64,000 nucleotides of DNA from Guillardia theta CCMP2712 (lineage: Eukaryota > Protista > Cryptophyta), in contig NW_005434663.1 in assembly GCF_000315625.1 (NCBI RefSeq), positions 463,882 to 527,881 of the forward strand. Reading direction: 5' to 3'. The notes under the pieces are model-generated. The model had not been told where the DNA came from and made no database searches. It worked only from the letters and a program-made list of their open reading frames with translations. The translations under genes and the position numbers were made by a program. This document shows, one piece after another, positions 23,163 to 33,809 of this stretch. The first letter of the stretch is position 1; each line of letters starts with the position of its first letter.

Positions 23163-24817
23163 TTACTGAGCAGCTCCATTCTGCTCCATCAATGACTGCA
23201 AAGACTTTCGTCGAAAGACCATGACAGTGTCGAGGAAGAGAGGCCAGCAGGGCAGCCTAATCACCTCGACCTCCTCGAAGGAGGAAGTAACGGCCTCCTT
23301 GAAAGATGTGTGAGCAGACTCAGAGGTGCTCTCAATCACCTGGAACTCTTGCGAGAAGCTCTGGCCGTGATCGCCTAGCTCCGGGGTGTACCCGCCCCAA
23401 GTCCTTCCTTTCCATTCTCCCACAAGGATGAGAAACTCTCCTTCGTACTCGTCCAGAGACTTCAAACCGAACGATCCCTTCCCTGGTGGTAGACGTCAGG
23501 ACGAGACAGACGGAGAGGGAGGGGAGGTGGGGGGAGGGGATGGGCTGAGGAATGGGAACAAGAGGGCAACGACCAGAAGAGGAACAAGTGGAGGGCTCAC
23601 AGGGAGGAAGGTTGGGGAGGGGAAAGGAGGGAAGTTCAAGAGCGATTCCACCAACCGAGGAAGTCAGGCCACATGAGGAGGAGGGTCCTGTCTGGATGCT
23701 CTTTGACCTTCTCAGCACCACCCAGCAAGACCTGTAGAGTGAGTGACTGTCTGTCTCGACAGCTGCATCGATGTGGCCAGACCTCACCAAAACACTCGCT
23801 CGGATGCAAACCACATTGTCCCATATCACCTTCTTCTGAACTTAGCTCTTCCGACCTGACAAAAGTTTCATCGTAGCCAATTCTTGCGATGACCTCTTAC
23901 CACTCTTCGCTGTTGAACGCCAGGATGTCACAACCCCGTTTTGTCAAGATGTCTGCCCAATACCCCGTGCCACAGCCGATCTTAAAAGACTGAGATCAGA
24001 CCAAACGATTCACGTGTTTTGTTACCTCAATCAATGGAGAATATGAGGAGATTTTCTGCAGCGCAGCTTCACATGGGATACTCCATGCATAAACTCTTCG
24101 AAGGACAAGACTTTCCTAGCACAAGTCTCATCAGCAGCCTCGTCGCTTGACAGCTTTGCTGGAGACATTCATTCGCACCTTCGTGAACGCATTCAAAGTA
24201 TTGATGCTGAGGCATTCGCAGACTTCAATCTGAGCAAGCAGCTAACAACTCAAGTTTCAGCAACCTCTTTGAAACCCCTTAATGTATCAATCTTCCCACC
24301 TCAGCGCAGTATCGTTTTGCAAGCGTCATGTAGGACATTCGCAGTTTGTTCTCTGCTCCATCCGATCCAGCGACTGCATAACAAACAGCATCATCGCTCT
24401 CCCACAAGAAGGCAAAGACTACACCATCCGTGCTGAAGTCCAGAAGGGAGGGGTCGAGTTGTGGCAGGTAGGAACCATAGAGTACCCTGAGGGAAAATTG
24501 AGCTACTGCTGGCACCTCTGCCAGCTTTACCTCGATGCACCTTCAGGCAGCACAGAAACGTCAAAGGGCCACGCTGCTTCGCACCCCTTAAATGCCTGCG
24601 TGTCTCGCAAAGGATGATTCAGCACATCCGCCAGCCTTTCTCTCTGTCAGAGCATGCCGAAGAGCAGAGTAAGATCTCACCACATGAAGATGAAGCTGAG
24701 GGTCTGACAAGCGATCTCTCCTTGGGCCTCAAGCTTGTGGTCATACTTCACCTGTCATGGTGATGAGACAGCTCAATCCCCAGCTCAATTGCTGACCGTG
24801 GACTCGATAATCCCCAT
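23163..24817 (-). CDS. Class I SAM-dependent methyltransferase-like protein, multi-exon
   Basis: YAWSIPCEAAL…LIE|IGCGTGYWA (SAM motif I), TLLLMWPDF, LILVGEW, LPCWPLFLD. Confidence 0.7.
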
Positions 24818-24974
24818 CTTGTTTTGATCGATCTTAGGCTGAAGTTGCAGGAGCAGACCTGCAGGATTTTTCAGCGTTGCAAGCCCGAGGGGAGCGAAGC
24901 TGCTCACATCGCCAAGGTGAGAACCCCTTGCATTTTGAGCATTCACATCTCCCAAACCTTCCTAAAATTCGTGG

Positions 24975-25368
24975 TCAGTCCTCCTCGGAGTCGGAGGGGA
25001 GGCCGGCGGCCCTGCGCTGAGCCTTCTTCTTCTCGAGCTTCTTCTGATCGCGGGCAGACAGCTTCTTCTCCTTCTTGACCTTGATCACGTTGCCGAGCGA
25101 GTCCATCACCTCATCAGGAGCCTCGTTGGCGCTCGCGTCGATCTTCTCGTCCGCAGCGACCTCTCCCTCGCGCCGCAGCTCTCCGTTCTCAACCACCCAG
25201 CGCTCGGGGCAGAGAGCCTCGGTGAACTCGCGGTTGTGGGAGATGAGAACAACTCCTCCTCCGTACTTGCGGATGGCTCCAGCCAAGGCGCCGAGGGAGT
25301 CGCGGTCGAGGTAGTTGGTGGGCTCGTCCATGACCAGGATATGAGGATTGTTCCACATAGCACCAGCG
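24975..25368 (-). CDS. eEF3: C-terminal part of eukaryotic translation elongation factor 3 (ABC-F family), cut by an assembly gap
   Basis: PHILVMDEPTNYLDRDSLGALAGAIRKYGGGVVLISHN, DSLGN and a Lys-rich tail ending DSEED, matching the eEF3 ABC2/C-terminus. Confidence 0.85.
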
Positions 25369-25369
25369 A

Positions 25370-25469
25370 NNNNNNNNNNNNNNNNNNNNNNNNNNNNNNN
25401 NNNNNNNNNNNNNNNNNNNNNNNNNNNNNNNNNNNNNNNNNNNNNNNNNNNNNNNNNNNNNNNNNNNNN
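25370..25469. other. Assembly gap (run of N)
   Basis: 100 N; different genes lie on each side, so the real gap is probably much longer. Confidence 0.95.
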
Positions 25470-25494
25470 TGGGAGAGGAGGAAGGCAAGAACCG

Positions 25495-25620
25495 ACCACT
25501 ACAGCAGGAATGGAGGAGAGGCAGGCCGCAGACAGAACTGAGTCGACGACGAAGGAGGAGAAGGGAGGGTTCCCGAAGCTAGAGCAGACTATCACTTGGT
25601 CGAGATTAGAAGCAAGCAGC
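25495..25620 (-). CDS. Exon of an RsgA/YjeQ-like ribosome biogenesis GTPase (fragment)
   Basis: LLASNLDQVIVCSSFGNPPFSSFVVDSVLSAACLSSIPAVVV resembles the RsgA segment preceding NKxD; bounded by …TGCAG acceptor and GT donor. Confidence 0.45.
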
Positions 25621-25656
25621 TGCAGGAGAGGAAAACTTAGACATGAATCTGACTCT

Positions 25657-25948
<292 letters not shown>

Positions 25949-26388
25949 TGTGCTCTATCAACCCAGTCGCCCCCTTCTACATCACGCGATCAGCCTCCTC
26001 AAGTTTTACTTATATTTATAGCTAAAGCTGTTCGTACAATTGAAGCACCCCACCGTCTGAGCTCTAATTTTTGCATCTTTGATGGATAATACCAGGGTGG
26101 GGGTGGTGCCTATAGGGTAGGGTGTGCTTGCAGGGTATTGTTTCCCACTGGGGGTTAATGCATGGGGTTACATCGTAAAGAGGGGTACTATAATGGTCTA
26201 ATGAAAAGTACCCTACCATATTTATTAGGAATGTTTTGTAGATAAAATTACCCCTACATGACATGACCCCACCGTCATTCAAATCATGTTGAGTCATTGT
26301 ACCCTACCCACTCTAAACTTGCAAGCATACCCTACCCACATACCACCCCACAACCAAGTATCCCACTCCTATAAGTCAGCCGCCGCTA

Positions 26389-27965
26389 ATGCCGCGGGCC
26401 AGACGCAGCATGCAGGCGGTTTCAGGTGTTGGGAGGATCATACGGGGAGAAGCTCTAGCCCTTGTCCTCCTCTCATCTCTACTCCTCGCCCTCTCTTCAC
26501 ATTCCTCGTCCCCTCGTCTGTCTGTTCTTGGAGGTGCGGAGGAGTCCTTGAGCGGCCTCCAATCCCCCCACCTTGCGTTCTCCTCCCCTCCCCAGGGTCT
26601 CCATCATCACTTCTCGCATGCACGGGCATGCCGCCTCTCCCTAAGACCCGAATCTGTCCCTCTCCGCTCTCAAGCTACAACTCGAGGAGAAGGGGTTCTT
26701 GGGATGGTTGCTCAGATGAGAGGAAGAGGTAGAGGACGAGGCGGCGGCGGGCGTGGGCGTGGAGGGCGTGGAGGGCGTGGAGCACCGATAGTGACAAGAG
26801 CAGATGATGTGATCATGAACGACGACATTCCCTTCGATGAAATCAGGGTTGTGCTCTCAAATCCGGATGGCAGAGATGAGATGCTTGGCATTATGAGTAA
26901 GGATGAGGCCTTGGCCCAAGCAGAGGACAAGGTGCGTTCAGAAAGGAAAGAGGGATGTGTGTGATTGTGCGGAATGTCAATGATGGATTTCATTGCTTTT
27001 GTGACTTGCTCGTGTGTTGGATGGTGCTGTTTTTCAATGGACTCCATGATTGTTTCCTACCGATTGATGATATTTCTGAATCTTTCTGTTTTAGGGTCAA
27101 GATTTGGTTTTGATGAGTCCGGATGCCAAACCACCTGTCTGCAAGATCATCAATTATGATAAGCTGAGATACGAGAACGAGAAGAGAGAGAAGATGAAGA
27201 AGAAAAACTCTAAGAACGCAGAACTCAAGGAAGTGAAACTGTCATACAAGATTGATGTGCACGATTACGAAGTGCGAAAGAGGGCGACAATAAAATTCTT
27301 GACTAAGGGAGATAAGGTCAAGGCTTCAATCCGCTTCAAGGGCCGTGAGGTGGCCCATCAGCGTTTGGCCGAGTCGACCTTCGCCAGGCTCATGGAGGAC
27401 ACGAAAGAATTTTCTACCGTCGAGAAGAAGCCGATGATGGAAGGTCGACAGATGCAGATGATCCTCTGTCCTCTACCTGAGATTGCTCGTGCTGCTGAAA
27501 AGCTGAAGAAGGAGAAGAAGGCGAAGGGAAAAGCAAAGGGCAAGCTTGGAGAAGAAGAGGAAGACAGTGACGATGAAGATGAAGACGAGATCGCGGCTGG
27601 AATGGATATTTTGGACGACGAATCAGAAGAAGATTTTTCTATCGACTACGACATTGACTCCATTTCGCTGGTCTGAATGCTTTGCTCGGAAGTTTCCTGC
27701 TTGTGATCTTCATGGTGTACAGGACGAAGTCAACACTAAGATCAAAGAAGTAGGTGAACGAGTCCGGGAAATGAAATCGGAGGGAAAGGGCAAAGACCAA
27801 ATAGCTCCGCATGTAAGTTCTCTTGAATGCAACATGTCAATAGTGGGATCTTAGACCTCTTCTGATGTGTTTGCTCCCTCGCAGGTTGATGAACTACTGG
27901 CTCTCAAGGCAAGATTTCAGGAGATCACGGGCGAAACGTGGGTGGCCGAGACAGCCAATGCATGA
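26389..27965 (+). CDS. infC: Organellar (probably plastid) translation initiation factor IF-3 with RGG tract, acidic linker and C-terminal WHEP-like domain
   Basis: NDDIPFDEIRVV…LGIMSKDEAL, DLVLMSPDAKPPVCKIINYDKLRYE, KEVKL…DYEVR…GDKVKASIRFKGRE. Hydrophobic leader. Introns 26932-27094, 27671-27722 and 27813-27884. Confidence 0.88.
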
Positions 27966-28173
27966 TGTGTCGGAAATTTCAAACTGAATCAAATATCTTC
28001 GAGCTCTAAGGATCTCTGAATGTTTTCACTTCCAAGAACGGATTCAACCTAGCATTTCGTACTTTATGAAAGATTTTGAAATTGCAAGGTGACGCTGAAC
28101 TGTGATTTCTGGAATGACATAGCAAAACAATGTTGTGAATACAACTATTGTTTTTCTTTACTTGGCCCCCGAC

Positions 28174-29870
28174 TTAGTCCATTCCAGAAGAAACAAATTT
28201 TTCCAACATGAGCTTGACCTTGCTAAACTGTTTTTCAGTGAAGGGCTCCTCCATGGCAATCAAACCCCTTTCCTCGAGTCTATGACCTCCCTGCATGTTG
28301 TATGTAGTTAGAGAGAATAGTTTTCTGATGACACAGTACCTTGAGATCATAGCTCTTGGCATGTGCTAGCCCATTAGTTCCTCGTTTGCTTGGGTTGCTC
28401 CGCCCATTTTGCTGACGTTTGAATGTGTACAAAATCTTTCCAATCAATTGGTCTCTTTCAAGGAGAATTCTATAATTCAGCCTGGCTGCCGCCTGTAGAA
28501 GATATGACAAATGCACCCATGCACTGGAGCAAATTTCTCAAATACCAAAGCCTGGCTATGCAATTCCTTTCGCAACGTTTGAATCTCGGTTTGAAATTCA
28601 CCTTGGTCATCACGAAATCGCTCGTTTGCACTGCAGTCGTAAGATGAGCGAAATACAGCTTTAGCCTTTCTCACTGCTCACCTCCAGCCACCAGGTGTCG
28701 TGTCATTCGAATTCTTCATGACAAATGAACTCAACTCGGGCTGGCAGCCATGTAGCACAACAATCTTACCTTCTGACTATCCCTTTTTCTTCCATGTACC
28801 CCGTAGGTGCAGCCATCCATTTCAGTTAACTCCTAATGGCTTTCGATCAGATATGATTTGAAACATTCTGTTTCCACATTAGCAACTACCTGTTCCACTT
28901 CATCGCTGCTCAAATGGTCATGACATGATCGAGGTGGTTGCACAGTTTTGATCTGCAAAATCAGAAAGTCACAAGCATTTCAAAATGACGAAATCTCACC
29001 TCCATCAAAAATTCTTCTATGATCTTTCTTTCACGACATTCTTTCTCAAGTTTCTGAGTTGTATCCTTCCACATACCTCTCATTCTGTTCAATTCACTTC
29101 CAAGCAGCTGAGAACTTATCAATTGCGATGAAACGTAAACCTCAATCACCTGAATCTCATGCCTCAAACTGGATACCATCAGAGTTGAGTCTTCTTGCGT
29201 TATGTGCTTCTTTTTGCAGCATAAGCCCATAACATCACTTTCATGATTCTGTTAAAAAGCCACATACGAATAAGAGAACACCGAACAAACAAAATCCCTC
29301 ACATCACAGAGGCGATCCTTTGATGATGGTATGAAATCTGTTTGTGTTGATGAATCCATTGATGAAAATCGATTCCTACGCGCTTTCTGATCACGCATCA
29401 CTTTGTTCAAGCCATCACGAAGGTCCTCCAAAACTTCATCTCTTCGATGAAGTTCATCACGAAGACTATCAAATTCTGCACTTCGGCAGGCAAGTTCATT
29501 TTTCAATCTGACTATCTCATTGGAAGCCGTTGCAAGAAAAGATTCAATTTTTCGTTTTGTTGTCCTTTCATTTTCGAAACACTCGATCAGGAGTTGGATT
29601 GCAGACATGATTCTTGCTCTTGGAGCTTCTTTCTGCTGCATTATTGGTACCGTCAAATCGCAGCGAAGCATCAATGACAACAGCTCCTCTTCGAAACTTG
29701 GCAGAGAATTCTCATGAAGGCGTTGCTGCGAAGTTGCTTGTTGACAGGTAACATGTTTACTCTCCTTGTTGGCCTTGTCTGTTTTCATATTGTTGATGAT
29801 CATGTTCTCTTTGTTGTTCGGATCGACTTCACCTTGTTCAATCGCCCTGCTCTGTTGTACGACCATCATG
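28174..29870 (-). CDS. Coiled-coil hypothetical protein, multi-exon
   Basis: Series of minus-strand ORFs with heptad-rich E/K/R/L segments separated by short introns. Confidence 0.5.
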
Positions 29871-30198
29871 GCGCACTGGTGACCGCCACGGATTGTGCTG
29901 AACGGCACTGTAGGTCACGACAAGGGGTGGGTAGTACGGTGCCTGGCACAACCGTGATACCTACTTTGCCCAACTGGGGGCCTTGGAGTGGGTGGCCCTA
30001 GGTACGGTATTGTGATTTCAATCGAGAGCCACATATGAAAACAGAGATGTCCGGCTAGATACCGAAAGTGAAGGCGTGACAGCCGCCCGCAGGGCCGAGT
30101 CTTTTAACCGGCGGAAGCCTAGTACGGGCGCACTGGTCGACGGTCCGGGGGTGATTGCCGGACCCCTGGGTCATCCCCACAAAAAAAGTTCCGTTCAC

Positions 30199-32639
30199 GG
30201 GGTATTCGACAGAAACGCGTCCAAAATCATGGATATAGGACAATTGGATAAATAGTACAAATTGTTTCGATAGTAACGCTTCTTGGATTATTTTAAACAG
30301 TATGAAAATAGCAAACTCGGTACTAATTTAAGTTACATTTGCCCTTTACAAACAATTATTGCTAAGGTACCGTAGTACGACCCCGTACAAACTCTCCAAC
30401 TTGGTACTACTTTCCCGCCAACAAATCTGGCCATTCCAGCACGCCGCGGACGCCGCGCCATGGCAGCTCTGCATCCCACATCGTTCATGCACCATGTTGA
30501 AACCATACGTTCTCAGCTGGGGCTTTCCTCCAACCTTCGTATAGGTCAAGTTATCTCGAAGGGACATCAACTCGTGGGATGGAGGCTTGACGGGAACCTC
30601 GTGGAAGCGGCTAGTCGTCTTTATCATGAACTGGCAGACCAATCTATGCCTACTTCTCCCGCCACGGTCAATGTTAGTCACACAACAGTACTGGCAGGTC
30701 TTCAAGTAGGTGATGATGATACATCACAGCATATGCCTTTTGATAGTAAGGCTGGCCCACCTGATTGTAATGACATAGGCAGTTCTCTTGATACAGAGGA
30801 TATGTCAGACGATGATTTTCAGCAAGGCTCTCTTCGTCCTGTGCAGTCCGGGAACAAGTATGGTTCTTCTGCGATGCATTCCATATCACCAGCCCCTGCC
30901 CCGCCCCTTCAGTCCCCTGTCGACGCAATGCTATACGCAACTCCATCCGCCATTGTCCCCGCCGTATGTCATGCTTCCAAGCTTCAAGGCAAACATTTCC
31001 TCAAACGTAAACAGTGTACGTCTTATGTACAAGAAATCAACTTTCTTAATGGGAACAAGGGTGTTCGTGTTCAACGAGCTCCCTCAGGATTTAAATCATA
31101 TCTGATCCTGTGTACGTGTGAAGGATGCAGGTAACCTTTCGGTGAGAACACGTATCTCCTGTAAATGTGGGTGGACAGGTACCGGTTGGTAGCCAAAAAA
31201 TCTGTGAGCCTTGCTCAGAGATATAAGAGTTACTGGTATATAGATGTCGAGAATAGCATTACTCGACATTGCAAACCCATGTGTACTTCAGTGGGAACGG
31301 GTACTATACGATTCTTGGTGAACAACGAATACTTTCGTTCCTTGCTATCCACTTCGATTGGAGATGGCGGTGGTTTGCATCAAACCCGTATGACCGCTAA
31401 GGAGTTGCAAGTTGCGATCAAGTCTGAATTGGGTGTAGATGCTAGTCTTGCAACTATATTCAAAGCTCGATCACAGGTTGAAAGTGGATCTTGGGACGAA
31501 GATCGAGAATCCTATCTCCTTCTGGAGAACTGGATGGAGGAATATACCTCCGTGAACAAGGGAAGTCGCGGAGTTGTCATGTCACCCATGCCTTCCAGCA
31601 GGGGCAATTCGTTTCGTGGAGCATTCCTTGCGAATGGAACCATGATCCATTTGGTGAAGACTATTGGTCTGCGCTTTCTAGGACAGGACTTCTGTCACAT
31701 CACACACAGGTTCCCCCCTTCAATCTTCTTGTTTCCCGTGTATGTTGTGGTGTGATGATTCTACATAGGTGGTATTCTGGCAAAATCATGGTGATTGAAG
31801 CAAGGTTGGGAACTAATACCATCATCACTCTCGCAGTAGGTATCTTCTGATACTTCTTCCCATCTTGCCTTCCTTCACCAACACAGCTAACAGGTGTGTT
31901 TGCTTCGTGGAAAGAAGAAGGCTCCGTGGTTGGTGACGAGACAGAAGAAAATACTGCGTTCATGTGGGACCAGCTGAAGGCCACGGGATTGAACGAATGG
32001 TTGTCTCGCGACTCGGGGCCTTTGACTATTATCTCCGACCGGGGGAAGGCTATCCTGGCGGGAGTGCGACGTGCTATGCCTGAAGCCGATATTATCTTCT
32101 GTTGCTTCCACTTGCTCTGCAACATCAACCAACATTGCAAAGGTATCATCATCGTGATGGATTTCAATAGATATTGGTCACATATCTTCACAGAACACCG
32201 TGCTCCTTGCCTCACCACCAATGGGAAAGGCACTTGTCCTGCCACTCAACCATTCTTCTGGCAAGCACAGGTCATTTGACAAACCGATCACTTGTCCGAG
32301 TCGTTCACACGTCTTAGTCTGCAGTGACTTTGCGCCGATTCGAAGATGCTATGGCAAACCTGAAAGAGCACAACCCAGTGGCACATGATTACCTCAATGC
32401 TATAGACCATAAGTGTTGGGTAAGCACTAGGTTGTATGATTGTGCGACATTGACTTGGAGCAGGCAAGGTATGCGCAATGCAAAGAGCCAAAAGATGCTT
32501 CTGGCAACCGAGGATCTTACATCTGGACTTATGGAATACGATGCAACAACAATACTGAAAGTGAAAATGCAAGACTCCGTCATAATCTGTCCAGATCATC
32601 TGATCCATTGAGATTTTTCCAGATTCTGTCGAATACCCC
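30199..32639 (+). mobile_element. Mutator-like DNA transposon (MULE), 2441 bp, 16-bp TIRs, 10-bp TSD
   Basis: Left TIR GGGGTATTCGACAGAA (30199-30214), right TIR TTCTGTCGAATACCCC (32624-32639); TSD TTCCGTTCAC at 30189-30198 and 32640-32649; encloses a MULE transposase gene. Confidence 0.92.
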
Positions 32640-32670
32640 TTCCGTTCACTGCCAACTGATTTTCCTTTGA
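30460..32670 (+). CDS. MuDR/MULE transposase, seven exons, C-terminally truncated
   Basis: N-terminal C-x4-C…H-C zinc/DNA-binding region (LCTCEGCRYRL…RHCKPMC); catalytic D (LGQDFCH), D (TIISDRGKAI), CxxH (FCCFHL), E (YGIRCNNNTESENARL). No SWIM finger; the stop codon lies outside the right TIR. Confidence 0.85.
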
Positions 32671-33809
32671 GTAAAGATTTACCGGTAGGCCCACCGGCGG
32701 CGGGCCCTCCGAGTCGGCTCATCAGTGCAGTGCCGGGGCCGACCGTCCGCCGACCGACCGTCGGGCCCGGCTGAGTACGCCGGCCGGGCCGGGGGCCGCT
32801 CTGGCCGGGACCCGGTGGCGCTATCCGATGATCATAGTATGAAGCCGCTGAGCGGCGCAGACTCAGCGGCCCGGCCTAGCCTAGGCTGCCGCAGCGGCCC
32901 CGCCCAGACGGTGGCACGGTGGTAGCCATTCCATTGGGTTCTCGACTGGATTTGTTTGTACCAGGCTAGCCTGTTTGTACCGAGGTATAATTGAGTTTTA
33001 CCGGGTTCAAGGATTTTTGTATCAGGATCCCCTTTTCCCCTCCGTACTAAGTTTGTACTGTCAATGTCAGCATTTCCCGTGGGCCGGCAGAGCTCCCTCG
33101 ACTCAGCTCTACACCACCCGTATGTCTCAGAAGAGATGAAGTCAGGGTAGGTAGTCTGATTTCAGGAGTGGGCGAGAATCATAAAAGTCTTGGGCATTCT
33201 GGTAGTGGAATTGACGCTGAAAAGCAATCTCTTCGATTGCCGTTAGGATTCGAACGCGTGGTCAAACAGCACCCACCTGAGCTAGAGTCTTATACTCGAG
33301 GGGGGTGGCCGCGATGTGGGTTTGAATCGCCACGCCTTTGACCCCATTATTTCCACTCCAAACCTCCTTTTCGCGTAGGGTGGGTCACACTCTCGAGCGT
33401 TGCGAGTTTTACGGTTCGAATTTGACCAAGGTTCACCCTCTACCCCCCAGTCTCTGAATTTCAAATGGGAAAATGATGGGTAGGGGGTACGGTCCCCCCA
33501 TTTGTCTCCACTCCAGCCCCCCCCTCCCTCGGCGAACAAGAGATGGTGAGATTGTCCCATTGACGCGCGTAAGGACGATAATGAACAATGTGAGACTTCG
33601 AATCTAACCATGCATTGATATGCAGGAAACGAAGATACGGTTACTTGTCTATTTGTGATGACTTGGTCTCTTCTGTGAAATTCAAGAAGTAGCAAGAGAT
33701 TTGAACTCAACATCTCTTCCTCAACATAAAGCCAATGCAACATCTCTATCATTACCACGCTGCCTCAAATTGCACTAAGACCACTTAGATCACTTAGCTT
33801 AGGCCGAAG

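Noticed and set aside
33246-33284. Minus-strand Pol III A-box (TAGCTCAGGTGG) and B-box (GTTCGAATCC) suggesting a tRNA or SINE head
   Set aside because: The boxes are only ~17 nt apart and no acceptor, anticodon or T stem can form.
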